Source: Halarcobacter sp.
GTDB taxonomy: Bacteria > Campylobacterota > Campylobacteria > Campylobacterales > Arcobacteraceae
Assembly: GCA_048571215.1 (NCBI GenBank)
Contig: CP182352.1
Location: 2,976,001-3,040,000 of the forward strand
Length of the DNA stretch: 64,000 nucleotides
Reading direction: 5' to 3'
The translations under genes and the position numbers were made by a program. The notes under the pieces were generated by a model. The model did no database searches and was not told the origin of the DNA. It worked only from the letters and a program-made list of their open reading frames with translations. Shown piece after piece: positions 61,414 through 64,000 of the stretch (its first letter is position 1; each line of letters begins with the position of its first letter).

Positions 61414-61424
61414 CTAAAAAAAGG

Positions 61425-61440
61425 GGAATAGTAATTGCAA
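61425..61440 (+). promoter_or_regulatory. sigma54 promoter of small ORF (GGAATAGTAATTGCAA)
   Basis: GG-N10-GC. Confidence 0.7.
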
Positions 61441-61473
61441 TTTATCATCTCATACTAATAATAGGATTAAAAG

Positions 61474-61572
61474 ATGGATTTTGAAAAATTTATTTTTCCA
61501 CTTGTTCTAATAACATATATCTCTGCTATAATTATTTATGCAAATTATAAATACAGTAAAAATAAAAAATAA
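61474..61572 (+). CDS. 32-aa single-pass membrane peptide (not in ORF track)
   Basis: MDFEKFIFPLVLITYISAIIIYANYKYSKNKK; AGGA SD; own sigma54 promoter. Confidence 0.65.
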   Translation: MDFEKFIFPLVLITYISAIIIYANYKYSKNKK

Positions 61573-61573
61573 C

Positions 61574-61589
61574 GGAACATAAATTGCAT
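61574..61589 (+). promoter_or_regulatory. sigma54 promoter (GGAACATAAATTGCAT) upstream of hairpin and aldo/keto reductase
   Basis: GG-N10-GC. Confidence 0.82.
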
Positions 61590-61618
61590 ATACTTTAATA
61601 CCTTTTGTAAATTAGATT

Positions 61619-61660
61619 TTAAAAGAGTAGGGAAGATGCCTCCTTACTCTTTTAATTTTT
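61619..61660 (+). terminator. Terminator-like hairpin within the sigma54 leader
   Basis: ttaaaagagtaggga-agatgcc-tccttactcttttaa followed by ttttt. Confidence 0.65.
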
Positions 61661-61688
61661 AAGAATATAAAAAAATAGGATTAGATTA

Positions 61689-62801
61689 ATGTCATACGCA
61701 ACACCAGAAGCAACTTTAAATTATGCAAAAAAATTTTCAACTTACAAAGACTTCTACATTCGTCACAACGACCTAATTTTTTCAAAACTTGGACTTGGTA
61801 CTTTCAATAAAGAACCTTATAAAGAAGAGAATTACCTTTTTCATTATATTGAAGGTGTAAAAGAATCGATAAAAAATGGAATAAACTTAATAGATACTGC
61901 AAGTAATTATAGATATGGACAAAGTGAAAAAGAGATTGGGATTGCTTTAAAAGAGTTATTAGATGAAAAAGAGATAACAAGAGAAGAGTTAATTATCTGC
62001 TCAAAGGGTGGATTTATTCAATTAGAATACCCATTTCCTAAAAATCCTTATGAATGGATTGATGAAAATATACTAAAAACAAAACTAGCTACAACTGATG
62101 ATATCGAACTAGATCAACACTGTTTAAGTGCAGACTTTATTGAATGGTCATGTAAAAAATCTTTAGAAAATGTTGGTATAGATTGTTTTGATATCTACTA
62201 CCTACACAATCCAGAGATGCAAATAGAAAAATTTGGTTACAAAAAATTTCTAAAAAAAATTGAATCAATATTTAAAAGATTTGAAAAAATGGCAGATCAA
62301 GGATTGATAAAATACTATGGAATTGCTGTTTGGAATGGTTTTATAAACCAAGAGGGAATAAATGAACATATTAATTTAGAAGATTTAGTAGAAATTGCAA
62401 ATAAAGTGGGTGGAGAAAACAATAGATTTAAATATATACAAACCCCATTCAATATTGGAAAAACTTCTATTTATACTATGCCTACACAAACTGTAAAAGG
62501 GGAAGAATGTACACTTTTACAAGCAGCACATAGACTAAAAATAGGTGTTATATCTAGCTCTTCCTTACTGCAAATGAATCTATTTAAAAAATCATTTAAA
62601 CCAGAGACTGGTTACCTACTTGACCCAAAAATGATTCTAAAAAATGATATTCAACTAGCTCTTCAATTTGTAAGATCAACACCAGGGATTATAAGTTCCC
62701 TATTTGCTTCAAAAGCTCCAATCCATGTAAGAGAAAACTTGGAGATTACAAAAATAAAATCAACTCCTAGAGCAAACTACGATTTAATGTATAGAGTGTA
62801 A
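61689..62801 (+). CDS. Aldo/keto reductase family protein
   Basis: SKLGLGT, GINLIDTASNYRYGQSE, SKGG, DIYYLHNPE. Confidence 0.92.
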   Translation: MSYATPEATLNYAKKFSTYKDFYIRHNDLIFSKLGLGTFNKEPYKEENYLFHYIEGVKESIKNGINLIDTASNYRYGQSEKEIGIALKELLDEKEITREELIICSKGGFIQLEYPFPKNPYEWIDENILKTKLATTDDIELDQHCLSADFIEWSCKKSLENVGIDCFDIYYLHNPEMQIEKFGYKKFLKKIESIFKRFEKMADQGLIKYYGIAVWNGFINQEGINEHINLEDLVEIANKVGGENNRFKYIQTPFNIGKTSIYTMPTQTVKGEECTLLQAAHRLKIGVISSSSLLQMNLFKKSFKPETGYLLDPKMILKNDIQLALQFVRSTPGIISSLFASKAPIHVRENLEITKIKSTPRANYDLMYRV

Positions 62802-62804
62802 TAT

Positions 62805-64000
62805 ATGATTTATGATGTTATTGTTGTAGGAGGTGGAGTAGCTGGACTAATGGCAGCTATTGAAGCTAAAACTGACACAAATAAAGTTGCAATCATAACA
62901 AAAGGAAATATCTTTAAATCCAACTCATCAATGGCAAGTGGTGGAATAAATGCTGTTTTAGATTTAGAAGATAAAGATGCAGTTCAATCACATATAGATG
63001 ACACTTACAAATCAGCAAAAGGCTTAGGTGATATAAAAACTATTACATATATGTGTAAAAGGGCTTCAGATATCATCTCAAAGCTTATTTCACATGGGGT
63101 TGAATTTGACAGGGATGAAAAAGGAAATATTGCACAAAGACCATTTGGTGGTGCAGGCAAAACTAGAACCTGTTATGTAGGGGATAAAACTGGTGGGGCA
63201 ATAACTCAAGCACTTATTAAAAAAGCTAGACAAATAGGGATTACTTTTTTAGTAAATACTTATGTGTTAAACCTTACTACCCATGAAAAAAAGATAAGTG
63301 GAGTAACCTGTCTTAGGAGGCTTGACTCTTCGGTATTGGTTTATCCAGCAAAATCAGTTGTCCTTGCTGGTGGGGGATATGCTGGAATTTTTAGAGGAAA
63401 CTCTACAAATGCTCAAGATTATACAGGTGATTTATTGGCTGTATGTTTAAGAGCTGGACTTACTTTAAAAGATATGGAGTTTATCCAATTTCATCCAACA
63501 GGAATTGCAAAAACAAACTATTTAGTTACCGAAGCTGCACGGGGAGAAGGTGGATACCTAGTAAATAGCAATGGAGAAAGATTTGTTGATGAGCTTGATA
63601 CTAGAGATAAGATTGCAAAAGCAATTTTAGAGCAACAAAATGAAGGTCAAGAGGTTTTTATAGATTTAAGGCACCTTGGATTAGAAAAGATACAGAAAAA
63701 ACTTCCATCTCTTTATTCAGTATCTTTTAACCAAACTGGAATTGATATAAGTAGTGAACTTCTAAAAATAAAACCTGTTGCCCACTATAGTATGGGTGGG
63801 GTAGCTGTTGATATGGTTGATAGTGAGATTAAAGGTTTATATATTTGTGGAGAGATGGCTGCAAATGGTGTACATGGAGCAAATAGGCTAGGTGGCAACT
63901 CTTTATTAGAAGGTACTGTATTTGGGGAACTAGCAGGACAAAAAGCCTTAGAATACTCTAAAAAAACAGAGTTTTTGCCAATAGATTACAATTTTGTGAT
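62805..64000 (+). CDS. SdhA/FrdA/NadB-family flavoprotein (partial, runs off window end)
   Basis: MIYDVIVVGGGVAG, SNSSMASGG, RPFGG, QFHPTG, TEAARGEGG, HYSMGG, HGANRLGGNSLLE. Confidence 0.9.
   Translation, partial: MIYDVIVVGGGVAGLMAAIEAKTDTNKVAIITKGNIFKSNSSMASGGINAVLDLEDKDAVQSHIDDTYKSAKGLGDIKTITYMCKRASDIISKLISHGVEFDRDEKGNIAQRPFGGAGKTRTCYVGDKTGGAITQALIKKARQIGITFLVNTYVLNLTTHEKKISGVTCLRRLDSSVLVYPAKSVVLAGGGYAGIFRGNSTNAQDYTGDLLAVCLRAGLTLKDMEFIQFHPTGIAKTNYLVTEAARGEGGYLVNSNGERFVDELDTRDKIAKAILEQQNEGQEVFIDLRHLGLEKIQKKLPSLYSVSFNQTGIDISSELLKIKPVAHYSMGGVAVDMVDSEIKGLYICGEMAANGVHGANRLGGNSLLEGTVFGELAGQKALEYSKKTEFLPIDYNFV

Overview
AT-rich chromosomal window from a Campylobacterota bacterium, most likely Arcobacteraceae (inferred from gene content and the GGAAYA-type sigma54 promoters). 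1-5.4 kb: Helicobacter-type copper resistance locus (crdA-crdB-czcB-czcA/cusA plus a divergent two-component pair). 5.4-20.2 kb: housekeeping genes (PMM/PGM, nitrilase, LMW-PTP, OmpA, CYTH, nrdAB, purB, RluA), with an ERIC-like palindrome and a decayed accessory/defence patch just downstream of nrdB. 20.2-64 kb: a large dispersed Mo-nitrogenase region (nifQ, V, B, E, N, X, F, W, Z, H, D, K, fdxN, fprA, its own rpoN, an interleaved pstSCAB-phoU operon and a duplicated mod transporter). Ten matching sigma54 (-24/-12) promoters define the regulon. The most unusual elements are uncharacterised nif accessory genes: a cysteine-less FeSII (Shethna)-like protein paired with a [2Fe-2S] ferredoxin, an unknown gene between nifH and nifD, a HicB-like/Sel1/Nfu fusion, two degenerate peroxiredoxin-fold paralogues, an LRR protein, a sigma54-driven 32-aa membrane peptide and a candidate sigma54 sRNA. 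All family calls come from recognising motifs by eye; no searches were run.
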